From the human T2T-CHM13v2.0 reference genome, Homo sapiens: a DNA stretch of 64,000 nt. The stretch lies in assembly GCF_009914755.1 (NCBI RefSeq), contig NC_060925.1. One strand, given 5' to 3'. Shown one piece after another: positions 42,263-55,689 of the stretch (positions are counted from its first letter, which is position 1; every line of letters begins with the position of its first letter). The position numbers were made by a program, and so were the translations under genes. The notes beneath the pieces are model-generated. The model had not been told where the DNA came from, searched no databases, and was given only the letters and a program-made list of their open reading frames with translations.

Positions 42263-44983
42263 GTCTAGAGTATACCAGGAGTACCAGTATACACAGAGGC
42301 CTTTCAGAATCTATCAGTGGTGAAAGGATCATGTAGGGAGTGCTAAAGGGAAAGGAGAAAAATGGAGAAAATGCTTAGCTCTAGATTTCCTGGGGAAAGG
42401 GAAATCCAGCTGGAATAGAATATCCATGGTAAACACAGGGAGACCACAAAAGAGTGAGTCATAACCCGGCCATAGTCTGAATATGATCACTCAGCCAACA
42501 AACGATCCTCAGATGGCTTCAAAACACTTGTGTTGGGCGGAAGAGGGGGAGATTGATTAGAAGAGATGTGCTCTCCAGAGAGAACACAGGCTCTGTCCTT
42601 CTGGAAGAGTAGACATGGTAGAGTGGATGAAGGAGGTATCTTTCTAGGCACCAACTCTTGCAGCAGAGGAGAAGGTGAGGGACAGCCAGATGGTGGGAGT
42701 GGAGGGTACCTCTGTGGGTGTGTATGAAATTCTCTTTTCTCAGCCACCTCAACACTTGCAACTTTCAAATGGATAAGGTTGCTCTGGCATCCTTCTGGAA
42801 GGAAATTAAAGTTTACAAATGATAATATAAAAGGCAAGCAAAAATTATCCTCTCAAAAGCTCAGTGTCTTCACCAGGAGGCTTGTGTACTGAATATCTGT
42901 ATGGAGTCTGTGGGCTTACGAAAACTTAGCAGGGGAGAGGGTGAATTAGGTGCCCTCTGTTCTTAGAGATATGATAATAAGTGAGACTCAGGCAGGTTCA
43001 AGCAACTTCTGGGGAAGTCGTGAGCACCATCAGAAGGGCCCAAAGAGCTTTGGTGGATTTAGTTCTTTTTATTTTTTATCTCCTTACAACCCAATAGGAC
43101 TTGTCCTGGAGTTTATGAGTGACAGGATTTTTTAAAAATGTCTATTTTATTATCCAGCCATCCCTTACACTTAATTATTTTATCAAAAGGAGTTACGTAT
43201 GGATAAAAAGGTTGTTTTCTGCATTGTGATATTCCATTGTACATATGACAATGGAATTTATTTTAATTCCTTTCTGAGTCTCAATGTTGAGAAACATGTA
43301 GTCTATCATTAGAGGCAATATGGCAATATGCACCATAGATAGAGAAAGGGCTGGAAAACAGGGACAATCTAGGTTCAAGTTTCGGCTTTCCCCAGGTCAC
43401 CAGCATAACATGACAAGTGCTGTGCTGCAGTAATACAGAATGTGCTAAGAGGGTACCTAAGCTTGGAGAGAAATCTAGACTCAAAGATTGGGGTGGATTT
43501 CAGGAAAACCTTCCTGGATAAGGTGACATCTATACCACCTTTTGAAAGAAGAGTAGTTAGAAGAAAAGGACACAGGAAAATAAAGCATTCTAGGCAGAAG
43601 AAATATGCATGCAATTTTATGGAACCAGGAAAGAGCACAACACAGGTGCAGCGCCACAAGTACTTCTGATTTTATTTAATTTCAAAAGTTTTACTTATAC
43701 AGAATAGTTGTACATATTTTCAGAGTACATGTGATAATTAAATATATTCATATAATTTGTAAAGATCAAAACAGTACATTGGGATATCCATCACCTTACA
43801 TATTTGTCTTTTTTATCTTAGAAACATTTGAATTATTCTTTTTTAGTTATTTTGAAATATACAATAGGTTACTGTAAACTGTAGTCACTCTACTGATCTT
43901 TCAAACACTAGGTCTTGTTTCTTCTTTCAAATTGTACATTTGTACCCATTAATCAACCTCTTTTTATCCTCCCTCCCTTCTATCATTCCTGGCCTCTGGT
44001 AACCACAATTCTACCCTCTATCTTTATGAGATCCATGTTTATTAGCTCCCACATATGAATGAGAACATGCAATATTTGTCTTTTTGTGTTTGGCTTATTT
44101 CACTTAACATAATGACCTCCAATTCCATCCATGTTGCTGCAAATGACAGGATTTCATTCTTTTTATGGCTGAATAATATTTCATTGTGTATGTATACCAC
44201 ATTTTCTTATCCATTCATCCTTTGATGAGCACTTAGTTTGATTCCATATTTTAGCTATTGTAAATACTGCTGCAGTAAACATGGGAGTGTAAATATCTCT
44301 TCAATATATTGATTTCTTTTCTTTTGGATATGTACCCAGTAGTGGAACTGCTGGATCATATGGTAGTTCTAGTTTTATCTTTTTGAAGGACATTCGTATA
44401 GTTTTTCATAATGACTGTACTAATTTACATTCACCAACACTATATGAAGGTATCCCTTTCTCCACATCCTCACCAGCATCTGTTGTTGTCTGTCTTTTTG
44501 ATAAAGCCGTTTTAGCTGGGGTAAGATATTATCTCATGTGGTTTTGGTTTGAATTTCCCTAAGGATTTGTGATGTTGAGCATTTTTTTCACATGCCTGTT
44601 GGCCATTTATATAGCTTCTTTTGAGAAAGGTTTATTCCGGTTTTTTGCCCGATTTTAAATCGGATTATTATTGTTATTTTACTATTGAGGTTTTTTAGTT
44701 CTTTATATTTTGTTTCTCAATCATTTGTCAGATGAATAGTTTGCAAATATTTTCTTTCATTCTATGGGTTGTCTTTTCACTAGTTGATTGTTTCCTTTGC
44801 AGTGCAAAAGTTTTTTAGTTTGATGTAGTCCCATTTGTCTATTTTTGCTTTGGTTGCCTGTGATTTTGAGGTTTACAAAATAATCTTTGCCTAAACTGGG
44901 CAAATGTCCTAGAGCATTTCCCCAATGTTTTCTCCTAGTAGTTTCATAGTCTTAGGTCTTAGGTTTAAGTCTTTCATCCATTT

Positions 44984-46303
44984 AAAAAATTTTTATTTTT
45001 AATTTTTGTGGGTACATAATAGGTGTATATATTTATGAGGTACATGAGATATTTTGATTCAGGCATACAGTGCATAATAATCACATCAGGGTTAATGGGG
45101 TATCCATCACCTCAAGCATTTATCCTTTCTTTGCATTACAAACATCTAGTTATACTCTTTTAGTTATTTTTAAATGTATAATAAATTATTCTTGACAATA
45201 ATCACCCAGTTGTGCTATAACATACTAGATCTTATTGATTTTATCTAACTGTATTTTTGTACACATGAACCATCCCCCCACCTGACCCCCACTATCATTC
45301 CCAGCCTCTGGTAATCATCATTTTACTCTCTGTTACCGTGAGTTCAATTGTTTTAATTTTTAGCTACCATAAATAAGTGAGAACATATGAAGTTTGTCTT
45401 TCTGTGCTTGGCTTATTTCACTTAACATAATGAAATCTGGTTCCATCCATGTTGTTGCAAATGATAGGATCTCATTCTTTTTATGGCTGAATAGTACTCC
45501 ATTGCATCTACATATCACATTTTCTTCATCCATCTATCTGTTGATGTACACTTAGGTTGCTTCCAAATCTTGGCTATTGTGAATAGTGCTGTGATAAACA
45601 TGGGAGTGCAGATATCTCTTTGATATACTGATTTCTTTTCTGTTGAATATATACCTAGCAGTGAGATTGCTGGATCACATGATAGCTCTATTATTAGTTT
45701 TTTGAGGGGACTCTAAACTGTTCTTGATAGTGATTGTACTAATTTATATTCTTACCTACTGTATATAACAGTTCCCTGTTCTCCATACCTTTGCCAGCAT
45801 TTTTTATTGCCTCACTTTTGGATAAAAGCCATTTTAACTAGGGTGAAATAATCTCCTTGTAGTATTGATTTGCATTTCTTTGATGATCAGTGATGTTGAG
45901 CACCTTTTCACATACCTGTTTGCCATTTGTATGTCCTCTTTTGATAAATGTCTATTCAGGTGTTTTGTCCATTTTCTAGTTGGATTATTGGATTTTTTTT
46001 CCAATTGAGTTGTTTGAGCTCCGTATATATTCTGGTTATTAATCCCTTGTCAGATGGGTAGTTTGCAAATATTTTCTCCCATTCTGTGGGTTATCTCTTC
46101 ACTTTGTTGATTGTTTCCTTTGGTATGCAGAAGCTTTTTCACTTGATATGATCTCATTTGTCCAGTTTTGTTTTGGTTGCCTGTGCCTGTGGGGTGTGAC
46201 TCAAGAAATCTTAGCCCAGTCCAATGCCATGAAAAATTTTGTCAATGTTTACTTGTAGCAGTTTCATAGTTTGAGGCCTTACATTTAAGTCTTTAATCCA
46301 TTT
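44984..46303 (-). mobile_element. Second L1MA 3' end (MA1/MA2-like) joined in register
   Basis: New T tail and a different 3'UTR (ataataatcacatcagggttaatggggtatccatcacctcaagc); returns to the same ORF2 position as 44941-44983. Confidence 0.85.
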
Positions 46304-49085
46304 TGATTTTATTTTTTGTATGTGGTAAGAGATAGGGGTCTGGTTCTATTCTTCTGCATATGGTTATCCAGTTTTCCCAGCACTATTTATTGAAGAGACT
46401 GTCCTTTCCCTATTGTATGTTTTTGGTACCTTTGTCAAAAATGAGTTGGCTATAAATGCAAGGATTAATATCTGGGTTCTCTACTTTGTTCCAACTGTCA
46501 ATGGTTAATGTTTTTTGTTTGTTTCTTTGTTTGTTTTTTTCCTTGCCAGTAACATGCCATTTTGGCTGCTATAACTTTGTAGTGTATTTTGAAATCAGGT
46601 ATTTTGAGGCCTCCAGCTTTGTTCCTTTTGCTCAGAATTGCTTTGGCTATTTGGGGTCTTTTGAGGTTCCATATAAATTTCAGGATTCTTTTTCTATTTC
46701 TGTGAGGAATGTCATTGGTATTTTGGTAGAAATTGCATTGAATCTGTCTATTGCTTTGTCTAGTCATTTTAACAACATTAATTCTTCCAATCCATAAGCT
46801 TGAAATATATTTCCATTTATTGCACCCTCTTCAATTTCATTCATCAGTGTTTTTTATAGTTTTTTGTATAGACTTTTAACTTCTTTGGTTAAATTGATTC
46901 CTAGATATTTTATATTCTTAGTAACTACAGTAAATAGGATTGCTTTCTTTATTTCTTTTTCAGATTATTTGCTGTTGCTGTATATAAATGCTACTAACTT
47001 TTATATGTGGATTTTGTATCCTGCAACTTTCTGAATTTGTTTATCAGTTCTAACAGTTTTTTGGTGGAGTCTTTTGGTTCTGCTAAGTATGTGGTCATGT
47101 CATGTGTGAGCAAGGCTAATTTGAGTCCTCTCTTTCTAGTTTGGATGCCCTTTATTTTTTCTCTTGCCTAACTGTTCTGGCCAGTACTTTCAGTACTATG
47201 TTGAATAACAGTGTTGAGAATGGGTATCCTTTTCTTCTTCTAGATCTTAAAGAAAAGGCTTTCAATTTTCCCCCATTCAGTAAATGTTAGCTGTGAGTTT
47301 ATCATATATGGCTTTTATTATTTTAAGGTATGTTCCTACTATACCCAGTTTGTTAATGGTTTTTATCATAAACTGTTGTTGAGTTTTATTGAATGCTTTT
47401 TCATCTTCTGTTGAAATAATCATATGGCTTTTGTTCTTGGTTATGTTAATGTAATGTATCATGTTTATTGATTTGCATATGTTGAACCATCCTTGCATTC
47501 TTGGGATAATCCTACTTGATCCATAGTAAATTGTCTTTTTAATTTGTTGTTGAATTTGGTTTGCTAATATTTTGCTGAGGATTTTTTAATCTATGTTCGT
47601 TAGGGATATTGGCCTGTAGTTTTCTTTTTATGTTGTGTTTTTGTCTGGTTTTGATGTTGGGTAAGGCTGGCCTCATAAAATGAGTTTGGAAGTATTCTCT
47701 CCTCTTCAATTTTTTTGAAGAGTTATTTGAGTAGAATTTGGTATTAGTTCTTTAAATATTTGGTAATTTTGGACAGTGAAGCCATCAGGTCCTGGGTTTT
47801 TCTTTGATGGGAGACTTTTTATTATGGCTTAAATCTCCTTACTTGTTATTGGTTTGTTGAGGGTTTTTATTTCTTCATGGTTCAATCTTTGTAGGTTGTA
47901 TGTGTCCAGAAATTAACTCACTTCTAGATTTTCCAATTTGTTGGCATATAGTGGATCACAACAGTCTTTAATGATTCTTTGTATTCTGAGGTCTCAGAAA
48001 TACAGAGGGGTCCTTTTTGCTGAATTCTTTTTTGTTTCTGGTTTGAGTCTTCTCTTTTTCTTAGCTATTCTAGCTAATAGTTTGCATATTTTATCTTTTA
48101 AAAAAAACTTTTGTTTTTTTTTTGTTTTTCTTTTAGGTTTAATTTTATTTATTTCTACTTTGATCTTTATGATTTCTTTCTCCTAATTTGAGGTTTGGTT
48201 TGTTCTTGCTTTTCTGGTTCCTTGAGGTGCACCATTAGCTTGTTTATTTGAAGTCTTTCTGGTTTTTCATATAGGTATTTATTGCTATAAACTTCTCTTT
48301 GTTGTATTATAAATTTTGGTATGTTGTATTTCCATTTTCATTTGTTTTAAGAAATTTTTAAATGTCCATTTAAATTTCTTCATTGATGTAATGGTCACTC
48401 AGAAACATGTTGTTTAATTTCCGTGTGTTTGTGTTTTCTGACATTCCTTTTGCTATTAATTTCTAGTTTTATTCCATTATAATCATATAAGATACTTGAC
48501 ATGATTTTGAGTTTTGAAATTTTTTTGATACTTGTTTCATGTCCTAACAGATCATCAATCCTGAATAATTCCATGTCCTGATTAAAAGAGTGTGTATTCT
48601 GTAGCTGTTGGGTAAAATGATCTGTAAATGTCAGCTGGGCATATGTACTATAGTGTACAATTTAACTCTGATGTTTCTTTGTTGATTTTCTGTCTGGATA
48701 ATCTGTCCATTACTCAGAATGGGCTGTTGAAGTCCCTTACTATTATTGTATTGCAGTCTTTCTCTTTACATCTATTAATGTATACTTTATATAATTGGGA
48801 GCTCCAGTGTTTGGTGCATAGATATTTATAATCATTATATTATCTCGCTCAATTGTCCCCTTTTTCATTATATGGTAACCTTCTTTGTCTCTTTTTACAG
48901 TCTTTGATTTGTAGTATATTTAATCTGAAATAAATGTAGCTACTCCTGCCCATTTTTGGTTTCTAGTTGCATGAATGTCTTTTCTTACCCCTTCAGTTTA
49001 TGTGTGTCTTTATAAATAAATTGGGTTTCTTGTGGGCAGCATGTAATTGGGTCTTGTTTCTTTGTTCAGCCACTGTATGTCTTTT

Positions 49086-49397
49086 TTTTTTCCATTTTCA
49101 GTCAAGACAATCATTTCTATTTCTTTTTATTTATTTATTTATTTATTTTATTATATACTTTAAGTTCTAGGGTACATGTGCACAATGTGCAGGTTTGTTA
49201 CATATGTATACATGTGCCATGTTGGTGTGCTGCACCCATTAACTTGTCATTTACATTAGGTATGTCTCCTAATGCTATCCCTCCCACATCCCCCCACCCC
49301 ATGACAGGCCCCAGTGTGTGATGTTCCCCATCATGTGTCCAAGTGTTCTCATTGTTCAATTCCCACCTTTGAGTGAGAACATGCGGTGTTTGGTTTT
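49086..49397 (-). mobile_element. Short L1PA (about PA5) 3' end with 3' transduction
   Basis: TSD ctgtatgtctttt at 49073-49085 and 49398-49410; two T tails bracketing 32 unique nt. Confidence 0.9.
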
Positions 49398-52300
49398 CTG
49401 TATGTCTTTTAATTGTAGAATTGAGTTGTTTATATTCAGTTATTAATAAATGAGGACTTGCTACTGCCATTTCTTGCTTGTTTTCTGGTTGCTTTGTATC
49501 ATATTTTGTTCTTTCTTCTTTTATTACTGTCTTCCTTTTTAGTTATGTGATTTTCTCTGGTAGATTGTTTTAATTTGTTGCTTTGTAATTTTCCTAGATC
49601 TATTATAGGCTTTTGTGTTGTGGCCACATGAGGCTTCAAGAAAACATCTTATAGATATAACAAGTTATCTTAAAGAGATGACACCTTAGATCACAAGGAA
49701 AATAATACAAAGAAATAAAGTGAAAACTTTTTAAAAGTTGGTACTTTATCCCTTCAACATTTTAACTGTATGTTGTCTCAATTCACAAATTTTATATTGC
49801 CTTATAAAACTTATAAACTCTTATTAGATTGTTATAGCTATTATTAGTTTTGATAGATTTGTCTTTTGGGCTTTGTCCTAGTGTTATGAATTGATTGCAC
49901 ACCACAATTACAGTATTAATGTATTCTGCATTTTTCAGTATACTTAATTTTAATAGTGGGTTTTATACCTGTAAATATTTTCTTTTGCATATTAGTGTTT
50001 TTTTTTCAGACGGAAGAACTCTTTAGCATTTCTTATATGACAGGTTCAGTAGTGATGAATTCTGTCAGCTTTTATTCATCTAGGAAATAATTTATCTGTC
50101 CTTCATATATGAAGGATAGCTTTTGTAGAGACAATATACTTGAATGGCAGTATTTTTCTTTCAGCACTTTGAAAACGATGTCCCACTCCTTCCTGATCTG
50201 TATAGTTTCCATAGGGAAGTCTGTTGCCAGACAAATTTGAACTTCTTTTATGTGCTATTTGCTTCTTTTAGAATCCTTTCTTTGTCTTTGACCTTTGAGA
50301 ATTTGATTATTATATGACTCGGAGTAGACTTATTTGGTTCAATTCTATTTGGTGTTCTTTGACCTTCCTATATCTGGAATTTTATCTCTTTCTCAAGAAA
50401 GTTTTCTTAAGAAAAGTTTTCTTTAGAAAGTTTTCTGTCATTATTTTTTTAATAAGCTTTCTATCCCTTGCTCTTGCACAACTTGTTTTTGAACACCAAT
50501 AGTTCTTAGATTTGGTCTTTTGAGATAATTTTCTATATCTTGTAGGCAATCTTCATTTCTTCATTCTTTTTTCTTTTTTCTCTTCTGGCTGTGTATTTTC
50601 AAGTAATCTGTCTTTGAGCTCACTATTTTTTTTCCTCTGCTTGCTTCATTCTGCTGTTGAAAACCTCTAATATAATTTTAGTTCAGCAAATGTATTTCTC
50701 AGTTCCAACATTTCTGTTTTTTTAAAAAACTATTATGTCAATCTCTTTGTTAATTTTTTCTGATAAATTTCTGAATTTTTTTCTGTGTTATCTTGGAGAT
50801 CACTCAGTTTCCTTAATGCTGCTATTTTGAATTTTTGGTTAGAGAGTTCACATAGAAGCATCTCATTAGGGTCAGTCACTGGTTCTTTGTTTTGTTCATT
50901 TTTGGGGGCAGGGCGGGGCAGGGGGATCCTGGTTCCCTATTTGCTGTTGTTTCTTGTGGATATACATCTACATCTTTGCATTGAAGAATTAGCTATTTAC
51001 TTCAATCTTCTCTTTTTGGCTTGTTTTGTTTCATATTGGATATGTTTGCTTAGAGATTCTTTAAAATGTATCTATTAATCTGTTGCTTTTCTTTATTTTC
51101 CACTAGGTTGCTGCCTCCTTTTAAACACTAAATGGCACCTTAAGTCCAGATTTACCTTGGTTCTAGTAAACAATCAGAGTGTGCCCTGTACCATATTGGA
51201 GAGGTCCTAAAGGGGATATACCAGTAGTGTGGGAAAACTGGCTAGGGATTCATGCCCATGGGACCTGTGGAGCAAGTCTGCTACAGCATGGTCTTGCTAA
51301 ACAGACACTCTGATTTTGCATCTTCTTTGGCTAAGGTACAAAGCAGAGTTTCCAGGGCTGGGGATGGTAGTTTCACCTCTCTTCATTGTCTCTGGCTGTT
51401 CTCAGGGATGTTTCTCCCTTCAGTCACTCCTGATGCTTCCCATGGGTTGAGACATGGACAGTTAGTTCTCCTGCCAGGGAACCCAAGATAGTGGGGAAGC
51501 TAATTGTCCACCTTGATCTTAATTTTTCCAGTGTAGAAACCATGAGTTAGGGGAATTTTCTGCATACATGGTGCTGGGCAGGTTGTGGGGAGAAGCATCT
51601 CAGATATGGGAGTCCAATTCTCACTTCTCTGCGACCCTGAGAATTGTCTCCATCTCATTTTGGTTCTGGGACATTGCTAGTGATACCCTCAGCAATTTAT
51701 ATTTGTTCTTGGTTTTCTCTCTGGAGAGGAGTGGGAGTGAAGCCAGCTTGCTTCTACACCACCATTTTAAATGAAGATGTCACTTCTTAGTCACTTTGTC
51801 TGTTACTTTAAGCAGGAGTTACAACTGGATTTGGGAAAAGGTGAGCATGGAAGTATATGTTTAGAACACCATCCAACCAATCCTCCTATGTCTCCCTAGT
51901 AAGCCGTTTTCTATTCCTTGTTCCTCCACAATGTGTATTTCATGCCTTGTAAGTCTTCTCAGATCTCCATACTCATCATCTCATTCAGCACTCTTAGAGG
52001 ATCATCCCCATTCCACTTCATTCAGAACACAGCAAAAACTAAAGGAACATTCCCTCACTGTAATGACACCAACCCTCAAAACTCTGCATTCTTTCTTCCA
52101 TTTCATCCTCCCCCTTTATTGCATTAGCGTGTATTCCTCTTTGTCTTTCAGGAGGTTCACAACAAGTGAAGCCTGAGACAGGAATTTGGGTACATCTCCT
52201 CAACACTCCTATCCAAGGTAGATCTCCCCTGCTGGGCTTTGCATCTCATTTTCTTTCTTATATGGTCTTTTCTGTTATTCTTCATTTTCATTCTCTTTAT

Positions 52301-52739
52301 TGGGTTCTTCCTTTTCAACAAATTTAGTAATGATTAAGTCTTTTATTATAAAAGCTTTCAGTTTTTCTCTGCATGCTGACTGATCTTTCCCTTTCCTCCT
52401 TATAATCTTCCTTTGTGGCTGAGATTCTGGTTTATGCCCAATACCTTTTCTTCCTTATACCCCACTCCCTGTCCTACTCACTGCAATCTGATTCTGTCTC
52501 TATTGCTCTTTTGGAATTGCATTTGTCAAAGTTATCAACCTTCTGCTTCTTTCTACTTCTGATGGATAATTTTCTGTTCTTTTCTTACTTGAATTGCCAG
52601 GAACATTTAGAATGATCTTCTCCCTTGGCTTTGGAGATGCCAATTCTGCTGGATTTCTTCATACCTCTTCATTACTGTTTCTCAGACCTCTTTGGCAGTT
52701 TTTTTCTTCTGCCTATTTTTTTAAAAATTTACTATTCCT

Positions 52740-54585
52740 GTTCACTCTGCCGATTATTTCTTTTACTGTGCAGAAGCTTTTTAGTTTAATTAAGTCTCAT
52801 ATTTGTCTATTTTTGTTGTTGTTACCTGTGCTTTTGAGATCATAGTCATTCATAATCATTGCCTAGATCAACATCCAGAAGAGTTTTCCCTAGGTTTTCT
52901 TGTAGTATTCTTATAGTTTCAAATCTTACATTGAAGTCGTTAATCCATCCTGAGTTGATTTTTGTATATGATGATAGACAGGGGTCCAATTTCATTCTTC
53001 TGCATATGGCAATCCAACTTTCTAAGCAACATTTATTTAAAAGATTATCATGTCCCCGGTGTATGTTCTTGTTGGTTTTGTCAAAGATCAGTTGGCTATA
53101 GATATAAGGTTTTATTTTGAGTTTTCTATTCTGTCCCATTGATATATGAGTCTGTATTTATATCAGATATAATACATATATATAATATAAGTATATATAT
53201 TTATATATTTTGGTTACCATAGCCTTGTAGTATAATTTTAAGTCAGGTAATGTGGTGCCTCCAGCTATTTTTTTTTTCTTAGGACTGCTTTGGCTGTTCA
53301 AGCTGTTTTTTCCATATGAATTTTAGGATTTTTTTCTAATTCTTTGAAAAAATGTTGCATTTTGATAGAGATTGCATTGACTCTATAGATTGCTTGGGAA
53401 GTATGATTGTTTGAATGACATTACTTCTTCCATTCCATGAGCATGGGATGTTTTTCCATTTGTTTGCATCATCTACAATTTTATACATCAGTATTTCATA
53501 GTCTTCTGTGTACAGACCTTTCACTTATGTGGCTAAGTGTATTTCTAGGCTTTTATTTTCGTAGCTATTGTCATTGGGATTGCCTTCTTAATTTGTTTTT
53601 CAGTTTGATCATTATTGATGTATAGAAACACTACTGATTTGGGTATGATAATTTTGTATCCTAAAGCTTTACTAAATTCATTCATCAAATCTGAGAGTTT
53701 ATGGTGAAATCTTCAGGGTTTTCTAGACATAAGATCATGTCATTAGTAAGCAGAGATAATTTGACCTCTTCTTTTCTAATTTAGATGCCTGTTTTTTATT
53801 TTTCTTGTCTGATTGCTCTGGTTAGGTCTTCCAGTACTATGTTTGAACAGGAATGGTGAAAGTGGGCAACCTTGTCTTGTTCCACTTGTTGAAAGGAATG
53901 CTTTCAACTTTTCTGCATTCAGTATAATGTTGGCTGTGGTTTTGTCATATATGACTTTTTTATTTTGAGATGTGTTCCGTCTATGCCTAGTTTGCTCATG
54001 GTTTTTATCATGAAGTGATGTTGACTTTTTTCAAATGCTTTTTCTGCATCCATTGTGATATCGAACAGACAACCTGCACAATGAGAGAAAATATTTGTTA
54101 ACTATTCATCTGACAGGGAACTAACATCCAGACTCTACAAGAAATTCAAACAACTCAACAATAAAAGAAACCCCAAATAATCACATTAAAATGGGCAAAG
54201 GAAATAAATAGGCATTTTTCAGAAGATATATAAATGGCCAACAAGCGGATTAAAAAATGCTCAATATTTCTTATCATGAGCAAAATGCACATTAAATCCA
54301 CAATAAGATGCCATCTTACACCAGTCAGAATGGCATCTTCTCACTTATAAGTCAGATAAAAATAATGTGTACACATGGACACAGAGTGTGAAATGATAGA
54401 CAATGGAGACTTGGAAAAGTGGAAGAGTAGAAAGCGGGTGGATGATAAGAAATTACTTAATGGGTACAGTGTATATTATTTGGGCGATAGGCACATTAAA
54501 AGCTCTGACATCACCAGCACACAATATATCCATGTAACAAAATTACACCGGTCCCCATAAATTATACAAATAAAGAAATAAAAAG
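52740..54585 (+). mobile_element. L1PB (PB4-like) with 5' inversion (52740-54060 inverted, 54061-54585 sense), inside an L2
   Basis: Strand switch at 54060/54061; both pieces meet at L1 'gtgaacag'; degenerate TSD taaaaattt(a)ct(a/g)ttcct at 52722 and 54586. Confidence 0.88.
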
Positions 54586-55500
54586 TAAAAATTTCTGTTC
54601 CTTAGAGTTTATCCTCTTTTCTCTTTTGACTCTATATACCTTTTCCTGGGCCAGATTAATGGTTTTGAGAACCTCAGAAAACATCCCTTCCATCACTGTC
54701 CCGTGATATATAAATCAAAAGTAAACATTTAATTTTTAAAATAAAGCAAAATTAATATTGTCTGCAGATTTTCAGAATATTTTTTTTTCAGAAATAGATT
54801 TCTGAATATATTTTCAATATTGAACTTTCTCTCTCTTTGCTGGTTCCCTGAGCACAGGTCCCAGCAACTTAACATATCATCTTGCATATTGTCAAGTGCT
54901 TATTCAATAGTAGCTGACTATATTAATGCTGGAGATGAACTCTAAATGGAAAACAAGGCAGATAATACTTCATTGCTTCCCTCTCCTAGGTTTGCTGATA
55001 TTGCTCTGCTGTAGAATCCCCTTAATCTACAGAGTCTAGTTATATCTGAAACAGCCAAACTCCAAAGAGCAGTTTATAGGACCTGCTGCCACTGGTAGGC
55101 AGCAAAAAACAAAACTACACCCAAAGCCCAACCTCTCTCCTCACTCTGTCTTTGACAACTCTTTGTATGGTGACTAAGGGCAGAGCAGATTCTTGGCAAA
55201 AACACTCTATGATGATAAGCTCTCGGGGCCTGGGTAGGAATGGGCAATGTAATTCCACAGGCATTACACCAGGTTTAAAAATAGGAAGCTTTTCCCGGGA
55301 AGAGTAGTTATTGTTGGTAACTGGAGCGGACATGATGTGTCTCAGCTAATGGTAAAAACTTGTGAAGTCATCCAGTATTTTAGTCATTCTTTTGTGCTTC
55401 TTCTCTCTTCTCTTAAACCTCTTTCCTCAATTGCTTTAGAACATTTTAAAGATTTTCTTCAAATCCTGTTTTCAAGCAAAGCATTCTTTCTGTAATCTCC

Positions 55501-55538
55501 CTCTCTCTCTCTCTCTTTCACACACACACACACACACA
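55501..55538. repeat. (CT)n(CA)n microsatellite
   Basis: Read directly. Confidence 0.9.
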
Positions 55539-55689
55539 CCAGAAGTCAGTTATTTTTGACAGCATACATGCACTAAACTGAACTCTAGACTTTCTGTTTT
55601 TTTTTGAAATAGAGAAAGTAAACTGGTCTTATAAGAACATTGGTCATTGAAAATTCTTTACACTTTGACTTTAGAGGTGAGGGGGACAT

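Larger units (their letters stand above)
43670..51775 (-). mobile_element. Near-full-length degraded L1MA (about MA3/MA4 3' end) with nested L1 insertions
   Basis: Antisense 3'UTR-ORF2-ORF1-5'UTR; ORF2 peptides in ORFs 46498-46767 and 47277-47498; 5'-end-like motif near 51740-51775. Confidence 0.85.

Noticed and set aside
55084-55104. CTCF-like hairpin tgctgccactggtaggcagca
   Set aside because: Three mismatches in the CTCF core; a 7-bp stem is chance level.
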